A stretch of 64,000 bases of DNA from Trueperaceae bacterium (GCA_965215565.1 CBDCDZ010000004.1:2336001-2400000); one strand, 5' to 3'. Counted from the first letter of the stretch, positions 37,848 through 48,231 are shown. The notes: a model not told the origin generated them from the sequence alone. Numbers and translations are program-made.

Positions 37848-38312
37848 ATGTCAGAGTTAGAGCATTACGAAGAGGTCTACGGCGACGCAATCTACTACGC
37901 GAGCGATGGTGACGAAGACCTTGCTTTTACGCTAAGTCAGAAGGAAACAGGCGCGAACCTCTTCGGAGGTCGCGCCTTTACGCTGGTTACGGCGCAGAAT
38001 CCGCAGAGCACGCTACTTTCGGATGAGGAGAATAGAGAGAGGAATGAGCGGCTCGAGCAACACCTCTTAGACCAGGAGTATGAATTTGGCTCGAGCACAG
38101 GCGAATCTCCCGTAGGCGATTGGCGCGAAGAGGGCTTCACCGTTTTTGACCTCTCGTTAGAGGATGCTCTAGCGCTAGGGTCTCAGTTTGGGCAACACGC
38201 AGTAGTTTATGGAAGAGGTGAGCGAGTCGCGCTGGCGTGGTGTGAGAGTGGGCGGCTCGAGTGGTTCTATCCCAAACTTTTACCTCTCGAAAACGAAAGT
38301 CTTACAAGTTGA
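37848..38312 (+). CDS. DUF3293 domain protein
   Basis: VTAQNPQS...EN..RN..L, W.EEGF, FGQHAV. Confidence 0.82.
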   Translation: MSELEHYEEVYGDAIYYASDGDEDLAFTLSQKETGANLFGGRAFTLVTAQNPQSTLLSDEENRERNERLEQHLLDQEYEFGSSTGESPVGDWREEGFTVFDLSLEDALALGSQFGQHAVVYGRGERVALAWCESGRLEWFYPKLLPLENESLTS

Positions 38313-38406
38313 CCTCTTGTCAGCCAAATAGCGCTCTTCACTATTTGCGCTCTCCTTTTCGCCTGCTAAGGTTAGGGCTAATGAACCTATTCGAGCGAGA
38401 AAACCC

Positions 38407-39372
38407 GTGAAGAGTATCCTAGTACGTGAATACGGTGAGCCGAGCGTCCTTGAAGTCGCAGACCTGCCCGTCCCTGAGCCGAGCGTCGGTCAGGTGCGCA
38501 TCAAAACGGCGTTTACGAGCGTCAACTTTGCGGATATCAAGATGCGGCGTGGAGGCGCACCGCGCCTTCCTTTCACCCCTGGGCTCGACGCGAGCGGTGT
38601 AGTGGACGCGGTTGGGGACAACGTTCAGAACTTCGAAGTCGGGCAGCGCGTGGCAGCGTACGTGGCGGCGGGCTCCTACGCGGCGTACGTTCTCGCTGAA
38701 GCTGAGCTTTGTTATCCCTTGCCGGAAGTCTCGCTCGAGCAGGGCGCAGGCATCGGCATCCTCATCACCGCGTACAACGTACTGACGAATGCAGGGCGAT
38801 TTCGAAGGGGAGAAAGTGTCCTCGTTCATGCGGGCGCGGGTGGCGTCGGGAGTACTTTAGTACAACTCGCCAAAGCGCTAGGCGCTGAGCGCATCTTTGC
38901 CACGGTTGGCAGTGACGAAAAAGCAGAAGTTGCCGCGCAACTCGGAGCCGATGAGGTCATCAACTACAGAAAAAGCGCGTTCGATGAGGTTGTGAATGAA
39001 AAAACTAGTGGAGAGGGCGTAGACCTCATCCTCGATTCGGTGGCTGGACCCAACGCCGAACGGGGGATGAACTGTCTGGCTGACTTTGGGCGCTTAGTGA
39101 TTTACGGACATACGGGCGAAGGCGGCGCGGCAGCGATTAAGAGCACGCTGCTTCACAAGAACAACCGCGCGGTAATCGGCTACAGCAGCGGTGGCTACCG
39201 CAAGGCGCGTCCCGAGGTGTTGCGAGAGGTGGCGGAGCGGGGGTTGAGGCTGCTCGCCTCCGGTGAGGTGGAAATCTTGCTGGGCGAACGCTTCAAGCTA
39301 AAGGACGCCGCCGCCGCGCACGAATTCGTGGAGAGTCGGCGGAGCGTGGGGAAGGTGTTGTTGGAACTTTGA
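38407..39372 (+). CDS. NADPH:quinone oxidoreductase (MDR family)
   Basis: VNFADI, VHAGAGGVG, ESRRSVGKVLL. Confidence 0.92.
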   Translation: MKSILVREYGEPSVLEVADLPVPEPSVGQVRIKTAFTSVNFADIKMRRGGAPRLPFTPGLDASGVVDAVGDNVQNFEVGQRVAAYVAAGSYAAYVLAEAELCYPLPEVSLEQGAGIGILITAYNVLTNAGRFRRGESVLVHAGAGGVGSTLVQLAKALGAERIFATVGSDEKAEVAAQLGADEVINYRKSAFDEVVNEKTSGEGVDLILDSVAGPNAERGMNCLADFGRLVIYGHTGEGGAAAIKSTLLHKNNRAVIGYSSGGYRKARPEVLREVAERGLRLLASGEVEILLGERFKLKDAAAAHEFVESRRSVGKVLLEL

Positions 39373-39517
39373 TTGAGCGAAGCTATCTCCGCTTCCGTAG
39401 GCTGCTCCTTTAGGGAGGAGACGGAACGAAGTAACCTGCTATGATCTGCGCCGCACACGCAAGAACGTAATCAAATACCCAACGCACCCCCAAGCTGTGC
39501 TAAACTCCTAAACAAGA

Positions 39518-40978
39518 ATGAGTGATCCTCCTTTAGACGATCCGCCTACGCGATCGCGTCGTCCCAAGCCAATCTTCCTTTTCATCCTCCTCCTACCTAG
39601 CGCGTTCGCGCAAGGCGTCGCGCCTCTGAGCTTTTTGGGTTTAGGGTTTCTAGGTGACGTGTCGGGGCAGCAAGTCGGTCTGCTCGTAGTGCTTTTGGCG
39701 CTCTCCGGGCTGATGTCGGGCTCCGAGACGGCGCTCACGGCGGTAGGGCAGTGGAAAATCCGCCAGATTCGTGAAGACGGCGAGGACCCGAGCGGCGTTT
39801 TTGCGCTTTTGGAACGTGACAGACCCCGTTTTATCACCACGCTTTTAATCGGCAACAACTTAGTCAACATCGCTGCGACCGCGCTGGTGACGCAAATTGC
39901 GCTCGAGCTTGCCGCTTCGCTCGGCACGGCGGAGTCGTTAGCGATCGCCTACGCAACAGGCTTTATGACGCTCTTGGTGCTGATCTTCGGCGAAATCACG
40001 CCCAAGTCGTTCGCGGTGCACCACTCGGTGTCCATGTCGCGCTGGGTGATTCGCCCGGTCTACTACCTCTCGGTGGTGTTTTATCCCGTCGGGATTTTCT
40101 TCACCTTTTTGGCGAACACGGTGCTGAGACTTCTGCGGCTCGAGCCCGTCGAAGGTCCCCTCATTACCGAAAACGAACTCCGCCTGATGCTGCGGAGCGC
40201 CGAAGAGTCGGGCGTCATCGAGGCGCAGGAGCAGGAGATGATTCGCGGCATCATCGACTTAGAAGAGACTGTCGTACGCGAAGTGATGACCCCCCGCGTG
40301 GACGTCGTCGCAGTGTCCGAAGGGAGCACGCTAGAGGACATTTTGGCGCTCGTCACCGAGCACGGTTACAGCCGCTTGCCCGTCTACGCCGAGTCGATCG
40401 ACAACGTACGGGGGCAGGTCTACGCGCGCGACCTCTTGGCGTATTTGGGTCACCCCGAGGAACTCGCCACGACGAGAGCCGCCGACATCATGAACGCGCC
40501 GCAGTACGTTCCCGAAACCTTGTCGATTTTGAATCTCTTAAAGGACATGCGTAGCCGCAAAAACCACATGGCTATTGTGGTGGACGAGTTTGGCGGCACG
40601 GCGGGCTTGGTCACGTTGGAGGACATCATCGAAGAGGTCACGGGCGAAATCTATGACGAGACCGACGTCGAAGAGGACGAGGAGATTCTTTCTTTGGAGG
40701 AGGGGCACTACCGCATCCAGGGCTCGGCGCACTTAGAGGATGTCGGCGTCGAACTCGATCTAGTCTTCGACGACGACGGCGAATACGACACGCTGGCGGG
40801 CTTTCTGATCAGCCGCTTCGGGTACATCCCGCAGCCCGGCGAGACGTATGATTTTAACGACTACCAGTTCATTGTCGAGGAGGCGGACGAGCGCCGCATC
40901 ATCTCGACGTTCGCGTCGCCCGTCGAGGTTGAATCCGTGGAGATGACGGACGCGGGAGAGAATCTCCCTAGTAGCTGA
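39518..40978 (+). CDS. Hemolysin/CNNM family protein (DUF21, 2 CBS, CorC_HlyC)
   Basis: SGSETAL, LLIGNNLVN, FGEITPK, VDEFGGTAGLVTLEDIIEE. Confidence 0.93.
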   Translation: MSDPPLDDPPTRSRRPKPIFLFILLLPSAFAQGVAPLSFLGLGFLGDVSGQQVGLLVVLLALSGLMSGSETALTAVGQWKIRQIREDGEDPSGVFALLERDRPRFITTLLIGNNLVNIAATALVTQIALELAASLGTAESLAIAYATGFMTLLVLIFGEITPKSFAVHHSVSMSRWVIRPVYYLSVVFYPVGIFFTFLANTVLRLLRLEPVEGPLITENELRLMLRSAEESGVIEAQEQEMIRGIIDLEETVVREVMTPRVDVVAVSEGSTLEDILALVTEHGYSRLPVYAESIDNVRGQVYARDLLAYLGHPEELATTRAADIMNAPQYVPETLSILNLLKDMRSRKNHMAIVVDEFGGTAGLVTLEDIIEEVTGEIYDETDVEEDEEILSLEEGHYRIQGSAHLEDVGVELDLVFDDDGEYDTLAGFLISRFGYIPQPGETYDFNDYQFIVEEADERRIISTFASPVEVESVEMTDAGENLPSS

Positions 40979-41055
40979 CGTGCCCTCATTACCCGGGAAG
41001 CAACGAGACAGAACGTGAAAAGGCACCGGACCACATCTGGCTCAGTGAGCGACTG

Positions 41056-41769
41056 ATGAACCTTCGAGACGCACGCGAACGAATAAGGAACGCCGGTACC
41101 ATCGCTGTTTTGACGGGCGCGGGCGTCAGCGCTGCGTCGGGCGTCGCCACCTTTCGCGGCGCGGACGGTCTGTGGCGCACCTACCGCGCTCAGGACTTGG
41201 CGACGCCGCGAGCCTACGCGAGGGACCCACAGCTCGTGTGGGAGTGGTACGCCATGCGCTTTCAAAAGGTGATGAGCGTGGAGCCGAACCCTGCGCACGA
41301 CCTCTTGTCGAGGTTAGAGGCGCAAACGCCCGAATTTACCCTCGTCACGCAGAACGTGGACGGTCTGCACGAACGCGCCGGGTCTAAAAATATCCAGGAG
41401 CTTCACGGCAACCTGACGAAGAGCCGCTGTGAGCGCTGCGGCAACTTGGACGCGCTCCCGCTCGACTTTCCCATCCCGCCGCACTGCTCTCTATGCGGGG
41501 CTCGCGCGCGTCCTAACGTGGTGTGGTTCGGCGAAACGCTGCCCGCCGCGCCTTTTCAGAGCGCTGTGGACGCTTTTGAGCGCGCCGACGTCGCGCTCAT
41601 CGTCGGCACCTCCGCCGTCGTCGAGCCCGCCGCGAGTTTAGGACGCTTAGCCGCGCGCAGCGGCGCGTACGTCGTCGAAATCAACCCCGAGGAGACGCCG
41701 CTCAGCCCTCTAGCGCACGTATCGGTGCGCGAAGACGCGGTGACGGGGCTAACAGAATTGGTGGGTTAG
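41056..41769 (+). CDS. cobB: NAD-dependent protein deacylase (sirtuin)
   Basis: TGAGVSAASGVATFRG, TQNVDGLH, CxxC..CxxC, RPNVVWFGE. Confidence 0.93.
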   Translation: MNLRDARERIRNAGTIAVLTGAGVSAASGVATFRGADGLWRTYRAQDLATPRAYARDPQLVWEWYAMRFQKVMSVEPNPAHDLLSRLEAQTPEFTLVTQNVDGLHERAGSKNIQELHGNLTKSRCERCGNLDALPLDFPIPPHCSLCGARARPNVVWFGETLPAAPFQSAVDAFERADVALIVGTSAVVEPAASLGRLAARSGAYVVEINPEETPLSPLAHVSVREDAVTGLTELVG

Positions 41770-41830
41770 GGCTCGAGAAAAACTCACCAATCTACTAAAC
41801 GCACCTCACACGCGCTGGGTAGCGTGGGGA

Positions 41831-42364
41831 ATGCTCCGCCGTCACGCTCTACCTTGTTCCCCACATAATGATTTACATGACGACCCGCACAATGACCTGC
41901 GCGACAGCTTTTACAGTAACCTCGTATCACGCTGCACCCTCGCCCTACTCGAGCGCTATTTCACCTGGCGCACGCTCGGCCTGCTCGCCTCTTGTCTGCG
42001 CCTAAGCAAACAAGAGGTTGAGACGGTCGTTCGCTACGCCGGCAGCTTGGAGGGACTCGAGGACCTCAGCTTGCAGGATTTAGAAGGGAGTGGCGTTAGC
42101 GAAAGCGCGGCGCAGAAGCTCTTCTACTTCGCGCAGTGGGACAAGCTTCAGCGTCACCTAGAATGCTACGACGCCCTGCCGGAGGACGCTGACCTCAGCG
42201 CACTTCTCGCTACCTTGACACCTATCCGCGAACGTCACTTTCGGCGCGCGCACATAAGTGCGTCGCTCATCGCTAGCTACAGGGCGTACCTCCGACATAT
42301 AGCAAGTATCATTTGGTTTGAAACGCTCTCACGATGTAGAACACCGTGCAGCACGCACATTTGA
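41831..42364 (+). CDS. Hypothetical protein (possible helix-hairpin-helix); C-terminus encoded by the inserted MITE
   Basis: GSLEGLEDLSLQDLEGSGVSESAAQKL resembles an HhH motif; last about 21 codons lie in 42300-42409. Confidence 0.55.
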   Translation: MLRRHALPCSPHNDLHDDPHNDLRDSFYSNLVSRCTLALLERYFTWRTLGLLASCLRLSKQEVETVVRYAGSLEGLEDLSLQDLEGSGVSESAAQKLFYFAQWDKLQRHLECYDALPEDADLSALLATLTPIRERHFRRAHISASLIASYRAYLRHIASIIWFETLSRCRTPCSTHI

Positions 42365-42409
42365 GAATGATACTTGCGCTATTCCAATCAGTACTTATGT
42401 TAATTGCTA
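42300..42409 (-). mobile_element. MITE-like element, family 1 (110 bp)
   Basis: Reverse complement differs from 56644-56753 at only about 3 positions; TA on both sides. Confidence 0.88.
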
Positions 42410-42428
42410 TATTGGAAAGAGGATAATT

Positions 42429-43526
42429 TTACTGCGCTGGCTCAGTGACGGGCCGAACATTGGTGATCAAGAAGACGTTGTCCTGGTAGTCACAGTTAGC
42501 GAAGCCTTCGCCGCAGCCCTGCTGCACGTAGTCCTCGGCGACGATATAAGCGTCCGCAATGACCTCACCGTCCCTACCCACAACCGGCCAAAGCCGCACG
42601 CCTAAGTTGCCATCCGTGTTCGTGCTGTACGTATCACCTACCGCGCCTACAACGATTTCGAAAGCGCCAGCGGACGTCGGAGGCAGGACTAGCTCGGCAG
42701 GACCCGTCTCGCCGGATATCGGAGGGAGCACCGACTGCCCATAGCTCGCCGCGTGAAAAAAGCTTCCTAAGCTCTCGCCACTGCGCCCGAGCAGCTCGAT
42801 GAAGTTCTCCTCGTCGCAACAGCCGTGGTAGGCGGCAAGTTGGCGCACGTAGATGGGCTCGCCCGGGTTCGCCCTCTCCCAAAAGCTAGCGCGCACCTCA
42901 TCTCCTGCGGGCACGTCGTCAGGAGATTCAGAGAGCCTTTCGCCCTCTAAGCCGATATCGGTGGTGTAGCCGAAAGCGTCTACGATCTGCTGGAGGTTGA
43001 CCTCGTCGTTGCCTTCGGGTCTTTCCATGAACACGCCGGCGAGTTGAACCTGGGCGCTGCCGCCACTCGAGCCTACTGCGAGCGCCCCTCGGCGCACTCC
43101 CCGCTCACCCTGCGACGCAGTGAATTTCACCGTAAGCTCGAACGCGCCTCCGGGCGCGATCTCTAAAGGGAGTTCGGGGCGCTGCGGCAAGGTGAACGCC
43201 ACTGTGTCCACCGCTAAGCGTGTAAGGTAAAGTGGCTCCTCGGTACTCAAATTACTCAGGCGCAACACTGCGGTATCCTGAAACTTAAGGTTCTCCCACG
43301 CAGCGCGCCCGTTGTCTTCGTCCGGGTCCGTAGGCACCCGCGCGATGCGGCTCATCGTCAGCCAGTCGTTAAAAAATCCGGGGGGCGTCTCGCCGCCGAC
43401 GTCTGCAATGAGGTTGCGAAGCTCGAGTTGCCCACTCGCTTCGGGCACACCTCTCTCGCCGCAAGCGGTGATGAAGAGGCCGAGAAGTAAGAGGCTTAAA
43501 AGGTGTAGATGACGTGATGTGCGCAT
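42429..43526 (-). CDS. Lipoprotein with Ig-like domain and probable Ca-binding C-terminal module
   Basis: Lipobox ITAC; PLEIAPGGAFELTVKF Ig-like strand; C-terminal EDY...NCDYQDNVFLITN. Confidence 0.75.
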   Translation of the reverse strand: MRTSRHLHLLSLLLLGLFITACGERGVPEASGQLELRNLIADVGGETPPGFFNDWLTMSRIARVPTDPDEDNGRAAWENLKFQDTAVLRLSNLSTEEPLYLTRLAVDTVAFTLPQRPELPLEIAPGGAFELTVKFTASQGERGVRRGALAVGSSGGSAQVQLAGVFMERPEGNDEVNLQQIVDAFGYTTDIGLEGERLSESPDDVPAGDEVRASFWERANPGEPIYVRQLAAYHGCCDEENFIELLGRSGESLGSFFHAASYGQSVLPPISGETGPAELVLPPTSAGAFEIVVGAVGDTYSTNTDGNLGVRLWPVVGRDGEVIADAYIVAEDYVQQGCGEGFANCDYQDNVFLITNVRPVTEPAQ

Positions 43527-43857
43527 GGCATTCTCCTGATGGGCTTAGGTAGCAACAAAAAACCGCGGGCAGTGTTGCGCGCAGAAACCGCAATCCTCAG
43601 TTACTGACCTTTGGCATTAAGGTAAGCTAGGCGAGAGTATAGCGGTCTCCACGGTGAGAGACAGTTATACAGCATGATACCTAACCTCTAAACGAGTGAT
43701 GGTGTAAATGACCCAGGCGTCGGAGAAGTTCCGTGTAGGCAAGTCTTACACCGACTCACCTTGAAAAGGTCGCAAAAAGTCACATCATCTCAACGAGTAG
43801 AAAGTGTTAGGAGTTCCAAGACATACCGAGACCGGGTGCCGCAGTTCTCAACTCATA

Positions 43858-44015
43858 TAGCACTTCTAGAACTTACTGAGACAGATTGCCGCAGATCTCT
43901 GTCCGCAAGGACTAGCGGGATTTCATCTCTGAAAGTGGGTGCTCATCAATGCTTTCTACAGTGAGAGTGTTGCTTTGCAAAACTTACGTACACTCAAACC
44001 AGATGATACCTGCTA
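43858..44015 (+). mobile_element. MITE-like element, family 1, with two micro-inserts (43897-43921, 43970-43990)
   Basis: TAGCACTTC...CAAACCAGATGATACCTGCTA; 158 bp minus inserts is about 111 bp. Confidence 0.8.
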
Positions 44016-44173
44016 ATAGACCGGACTTTAATACCTGCTACGTGCGCGACATAAACGAAACGAGCAGGGAGATTCATGAATTTCTCCTACATTCGCCTCT
44101 TTCTGTGGCTTTTCCAGCGCGGTTTACCAGTATAAATGTAAGTCCCTATGCAGAAATAAACCAAACTGTCAAG

Positions 44174-44230
44174 ATGGGAAGAATCAAGGTAGTCGAACTA
44201 AGCGAAGCAGAGCGCCAAGCCCTCGAACTA
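44174..44230 (+). pseudogene. IS630-like transposase N-terminal remnant
   Basis: MGRIKVVELSEAERQALE resembles IS630 transposase N-termini; ends just before the adjacent MITE. Confidence 0.5.
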
Positions 44231-44240
44231 TGCCTAATAA

Positions 44241-44351
44241 TAGCAGGTATCATCTGGTTTGAAACACTCTTACTGTAAAGAACACCATCTAGCACGCACA
44301 TTGTGAGATGACATCTGCGCTCATCTGTCTCAGTATATTTTGGAAGTGCTA
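44241..44351 (-). mobile_element. MITE-like element, family 1 (111 bp, subfamily b)
   Basis: Reverse complement TAGCACTTCC...TACTGAGACAG..AGCGCAGAT...GTGCGTGCT...CAAACCAGATGATACCTGCTA. Confidence 0.85.
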
Positions 44352-44503
44352 TAAGTAGCGTAGGCACGAAAGCAAAGTCTGGGAGACGACCCTCTTCGGC
44401 GACTTCATGAAACCCATCTGTATACTTTCAGGTTGTTCAAGCTCTTCCTTGTAAGAACCTTGTCATGATAAACTTGCTATAAAGATTAACGAGGTGTTCA
44501 TAC

Positions 44504-44779
44504 ATGAAATTATCGAAGCACCAACGAGAACAGCATAGAGGCGCGGCCCACCAGCTCATTCAGCGCATCGAAAGCCGCCTGGAACCCCAGGGGCGGCGCT
44601 ACGGCGCGAATGAGGGCGAGCGCATCGCCCAGAAGGTCAGCTTTTGCAAGGAGCGGTTGTGCCGTGACCCTAAAGATAAAGAGCTGCTCACCATCAATAT
44701 GGAGCTTGCGGACCTCTTCTACCTGACCAGCAACGCGGCGAAGAGTGCGCCGCGCCAGAAGCCTCATTACACACACTAA
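44504..44779 (+). CDS. Hypothetical helical protein
   Basis: GAGGTG RBS, typical codon usage, upstream TGCTATAAA extended -10-like motif. Confidence 0.6.
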   Translation: MKLSKHQREQHRGAAHQLIQRIESRLEPQGRRYGANEGERIAQKVSFCKERLCRDPKDKELLTINMELADLFYLTSNAAKSAPRQKPHYTH

Positions 44780-44822
44780 GCCCAACACGTACTAAACCTA
44801 GTGCTGACAGGTCTTGACGCCT

Positions 44823-45458
44823 TCAGCGCGCGTGCGCAAGCCTCTCTGCGAAGAGCGGAGGTAGAACGCCGTCGGCCGTCGGCAGCGTGCAGGGCTCCGT
44901 CAACGCATCTGTAAGTGACACGTCCGCGCTGTCTTTGGTGACCGCATCGTACCCGATGGTTAGGGCGTCGAGACCGCACCGCGCCGTATAAGCGTAACGC
45001 CAAGCTTCGGCGTACCCCTCGGCGGGTACACAGTAGTAAGCGCCGTAAGCGCAACCCTCCCGCGCAAACGCATTGTGGCTGAAGCCCAGATGCGCGGCGT
45101 CTGCGCAGTGCCCGACCTCGTGAAACACCACCGCGAGATGCTCTTCTCGACTCGCGTACTTGGCGAGCCAACTATCGATGTAGACGTAACAGGTCTGCGT
45201 TTCTCTGGCAAAGACGAAGTATCCGAGCGACGAAAACCCTTCCAAACTCACCAGATGATAGCGCAGGCGCAGCCCGCCTACCTCGGCAGACCAGGTTTCA
45301 GCGGGGAGTGCGCGCAACTGGGCAGCGTTCGGAAACTCGTAGGGCGACGCGCCCTCGGCGCGCACGTCCGACTGAGCCGCCGCGCAGCCAAAACTCAGCA
45401 GCGCGAGTAGCGCGGTACATAAACGCCGTAATGCTACCTGCCCCCTCACGGCGTTCAT
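44823..45458 (-). CDS. Secreted protein with HEXXH zinc-peptidase motif
   Basis: Signal peptide ending AAA, VVFHEVGHC, downstream EGYAE; ATG 45458 overlaps the upstream stop (ATGA). Confidence 0.65.
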   Translation of the reverse strand: MNAVRGQVALRRLCTALLALLSFGCAAAQSDVRAEGASPYEFPNAAQLRALPAETWSAEVGGLRLRYHLVSLEGFSSLGYFVFARETQTCYVYIDSWLAKYASREEHLAVVFHEVGHCADAAHLGFSHNAFAREGCAYGAYYCVPAEGYAEAWRYAYTARCGLDALTIGYDAVTKDSADVSLTDALTEPCTLPTADGVLPPLFAERLAHAR

Positions 45459-45730
45459 GGCAGCGAGATGGGCGCGAAGATATCGCCGGGCGCGTCCTTG
45501 TAACGCAGAATCGCGGCGATCATCAGCGCGGCGGTGTAGTGAAACTGCGGAAAGCCTAGGCAAAAAGCGACGAAGAAGAGCGAGACGATGGTGAGCTGCC
45601 AGGTGACTCGGGCGCTCAAGCTAGGTGCGTCCGCTTGCGGATCTACATATGGGTCTAAATACGTGTCGGCATCTGTTACCGTGCCTATTTTCAATTCTGT
45701 TTTCAGTTTCTTCCGTAAATGCGTGCTCAT
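45455..45730 (-). CDS. Small hypothetical membrane protein
   Basis: GGGGG RBS; hydrophobic C-terminal half; coupled to the next gene. Confidence 0.55.
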   Translation of the reverse strand: MSTHLRKKLKTELKIGTVTDADTYLDPYVDPQADAPSLSARVTWQLTIVSLFFVAFCLGFPQFHYTAALMIAAILRYKDAPGDIFAPISLP

Positions 45731-46065
45731 AAAACCCCCTGTTACAGTTCGGTCCGTATCGCGCCGTGCGTTCTAAAGCGTTGAGCGAGTGTACGCAAGT
45801 CGGTGTTACACCGCCGTTCCTGAGCGAGAACCCAAGTTCAAGTTCTTGTCTGCAGAAGCTAGGTGTGAAGTTTTCCACATAAGCGTACCATGAGAAGCGC
45901 GTTGTAGCCCGAACGATGAAGGAAGAGGTAATACGAGGTTGAGTTTACGGAAGAGTTGGCGGCACTGCCCACAGTCACACGAGGGGGTGCTGGGTAACCT
46001 TCTAGATAGATTTGGAGCAAGCCCCAACCCCTCGTGATCAACAAGAATTTCGCAAAAGGAGACCT

Positions 46066-48231
46066 ATGGTTCAGTACATCATGACGGTTCCGACCGGCGT
46101 GCGCGTCGGTTTGACGACGGTATCCGTGGGTCTCGTTCACGCGCTCGATAGGCGCGGCAGGGCGGTGGGCTTCGCCAAGCCCATCGCGCAGCGCCACCTT
46201 TCGGACACGGGACCAGAGCGCTCGACGCGGCTCGTGGAAATGGTCTCGAGCCTCACCCCGCCTACACCCATCGCGATGGAACGCGCCGAAGACCTGTACG
46301 GGCGCGGCGAGCAAAACCAGCTTTTAGAAGAGGTCGTCGTCCGGGCGCAAGAAGCGGCGCAGGGCGCAGACATCGTTATTTTAGAGGGGCTCGTCTCGAC
46401 GCCGCAGCAACCTTACGCGGCGGGGCTCAACGCGAGCGTGGCGAGGAGTTTAGACGCCGATATCATCATCGTCACCACGCCCGGCGAGCGTAGCCCGGAG
46501 GCACTTTCAGACGCGCTCGAGCTGACCGCCAGAGACTTCGGCGGCGTGACCCATCCGCGCGTCCTGGGCTGCGTCTTAAACCAGGTCGGCGCGCCCCAGA
46601 GCAGCGGCTTTTTGCAGCTCGATCTGCCCTCCGAAGAGGAGATGACCGAGCGGACGCGCCGCCGCACCGAAGCGCTCGCGCAAGCCGACGTCTTTAGAGG
46701 CGACTTCAAGCTGCTCGGCTGCGTCCCGTGGAGCCGTGACCTGCTCGCACCGAGAGTGCGCGACGTTGCGCGTCTATTAGACGCGCAGGTACTGAACGCG
46801 GGCGATCTGGAGCGGCGCGTCACCGACGTCGCGCTCGGCGCGAGCACGGTGCGCAACGCGGCGCAGCGGCTCCTGCCCGGCACGCTCTTTATCACAGCGG
46901 GCGACCGCGACGACCTCGTTTTAGCGGCGGCGATGGCGGCGCTGAACGGTCAGCCCATCGCCGCCCTGCTGCTGACCAACGACCGCAGACCTGACGATAA
47001 CCTCCTCGAACTCTGCCGCCAGGGTCTAGAGACGGGCTTGCCTATCCTGCTCGTGCCGCAAGACTCCTTTCAGTCGGCGCTGAACGTTCGGGAGATGAAC
47101 TTAGAAGTCCCGCTCGACGACCGCGAACGCATCGACCTCACGATCAGCAGCGTAGCGACGCGCCTCGACGTCGAGGCGCTCGAAGCCAGACTTCAGCTCA
47201 ACCCGGACGAGCGGCGGCTCAGCCCGCCCGCCTTCCGTCACCTCTTAGTCGAACGCGCTAAGGACGCGCGCAAGCGCGTCGTGCTGCCCGAGGGGAGCGA
47301 GCCGCGCACCCTGCAAGCCGCGAGCATGTGCGAAGAGCGGGGCGTCGCGCATTGCATCCTCTTGGCGGACCCAGGCGAGGTGCAGCGCGTCGCGGCGCGG
47401 CAGGGCGTCCGGCTGCACGAAGGGTTGGAGATCATCTCGCCGCAAGAGGTCATAGGCGACTACGTTGCGCCGCTCGTCGAGCGGCGCAAGCATAAAGGGA
47501 TGACGGCCGCCGTCGCTGAAGAAGCGCTGCAAGACACCGTCATGTTGGGAACGATGATGCTCGCACAGGGCGAGGTGGACGGGCTCGTCTCGGGCGCGGT
47601 CCACACCACCGCCAACACGATCCGCCCCGCCTTTCAGCTCATCAAGACCGCGCCCGAAGTCAAGGTGGTCTCCTCCGTGTTCTTCATGTGCTTGCCCGAG
47701 CAGGTCTTGGTCTACGGCGACTGCGCGGTGAATCCTGACCCCAACCCCGAAGAGCTGGCGGACATCGCTGTGCGCAGCGCCGAGTCCGCGCACACCTTTG
47801 GCATCGAGCCGCGCGTGGCGATGCTTTCGTACAGCACGGGCACCTCGGGCACCGGAAGCGACGTGGAAAAGGTTGTGGAGGCCACCCGACTTGCCCAAGC
47901 CGCCCGCCCCGACCTCTTGATCGACGGACCTCTCCAGTACGACGCGGCGGCGATTCGCGCCGTCGCCGAGAGTAAAGCGCCTGACAGCCGAGTGGCAGGG
48001 CGGGCGACGGTCTTCATCTTTCCCGACCTCAACACGGGCAACACCACCTACAAAGCGGTGCAGCGCAGCGCAAACGTGATCAGCATCGGCCCAATGCTCC
48101 AGGGCTTGCGCAAACCCGTCAACGACCTCTCGAGAGGTGCCCTAGTCGAAGACATCATCTATACGGTTGCCCTCACTGCGATTCAGGCGGCGCAGGTGGA
48201 AGAAGTGGAGGAGGCTCGAGTCGAGGTTTGA
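46066..48231 (+). CDS. pta: Phosphate acetyltransferase (long form: BioD-like, DRTGG, PTA domains)
   Basis: VGLTTVS.GL, GDRDD, VLPEGSEPR, DGPLQYDAA, FPDLNTGNTTYKAVQR, VNDLSRG; ATG 46066 after AGGAG. Confidence 0.96.
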   Translation: MVQYIMTVPTGVRVGLTTVSVGLVHALDRRGRAVGFAKPIAQRHLSDTGPERSTRLVEMVSSLTPPTPIAMERAEDLYGRGEQNQLLEEVVVRAQEAAQGADIVILEGLVSTPQQPYAAGLNASVARSLDADIIIVTTPGERSPEALSDALELTARDFGGVTHPRVLGCVLNQVGAPQSSGFLQLDLPSEEEMTERTRRRTEALAQADVFRGDFKLLGCVPWSRDLLAPRVRDVARLLDAQVLNAGDLERRVTDVALGASTVRNAAQRLLPGTLFITAGDRDDLVLAAAMAALNGQPIAALLLTNDRRPDDNLLELCRQGLETGLPILLVPQDSFQSALNVREMNLEVPLDDRERIDLTISSVATRLDVEALEARLQLNPDERRLSPPAFRHLLVERAKDARKRVVLPEGSEPRTLQAASMCEERGVAHCILLADPGEVQRVAARQGVRLHEGLEIISPQEVIGDYVAPLVERRKHKGMTAAVAEEALQDTVMLGTMMLAQGEVDGLVSGAVHTTANTIRPAFQLIKTAPEVKVVSSVFFMCLPEQVLVYGDCAVNPDPNPEELADIAVRSAESAHTFGIEPRVAMLSYSTGTSGTGSDVEKVVEATRLAQAARPDLLIDGPLQYDAAAIRAVAESKAPDSRVAGRATVFIFPDLNTGNTTYKAVQRSANVISIGPMLQGLRKPVNDLSRGALVEDIIYTVALTAIQAAQVEEVEEARVEV

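Noticed and set aside
41056..41769. Sirtuin as a Sir2-type antiphage defence effector
   Set aside because: Canonical CobB with zinc ribbon in a housekeeping context; no HerA, TIR or Argonaute partner
43550..43640. Terminator-like hairpin in the lipoprotein leader as a riboswitch
   Set aside because: No recognisable aptamer consensus; an Rfam scan would be needed
43949..44278. 109-aa ORF as a real gene
   Set aside because: Chimera of MITE sequence, spacer and a transposase-like fragment
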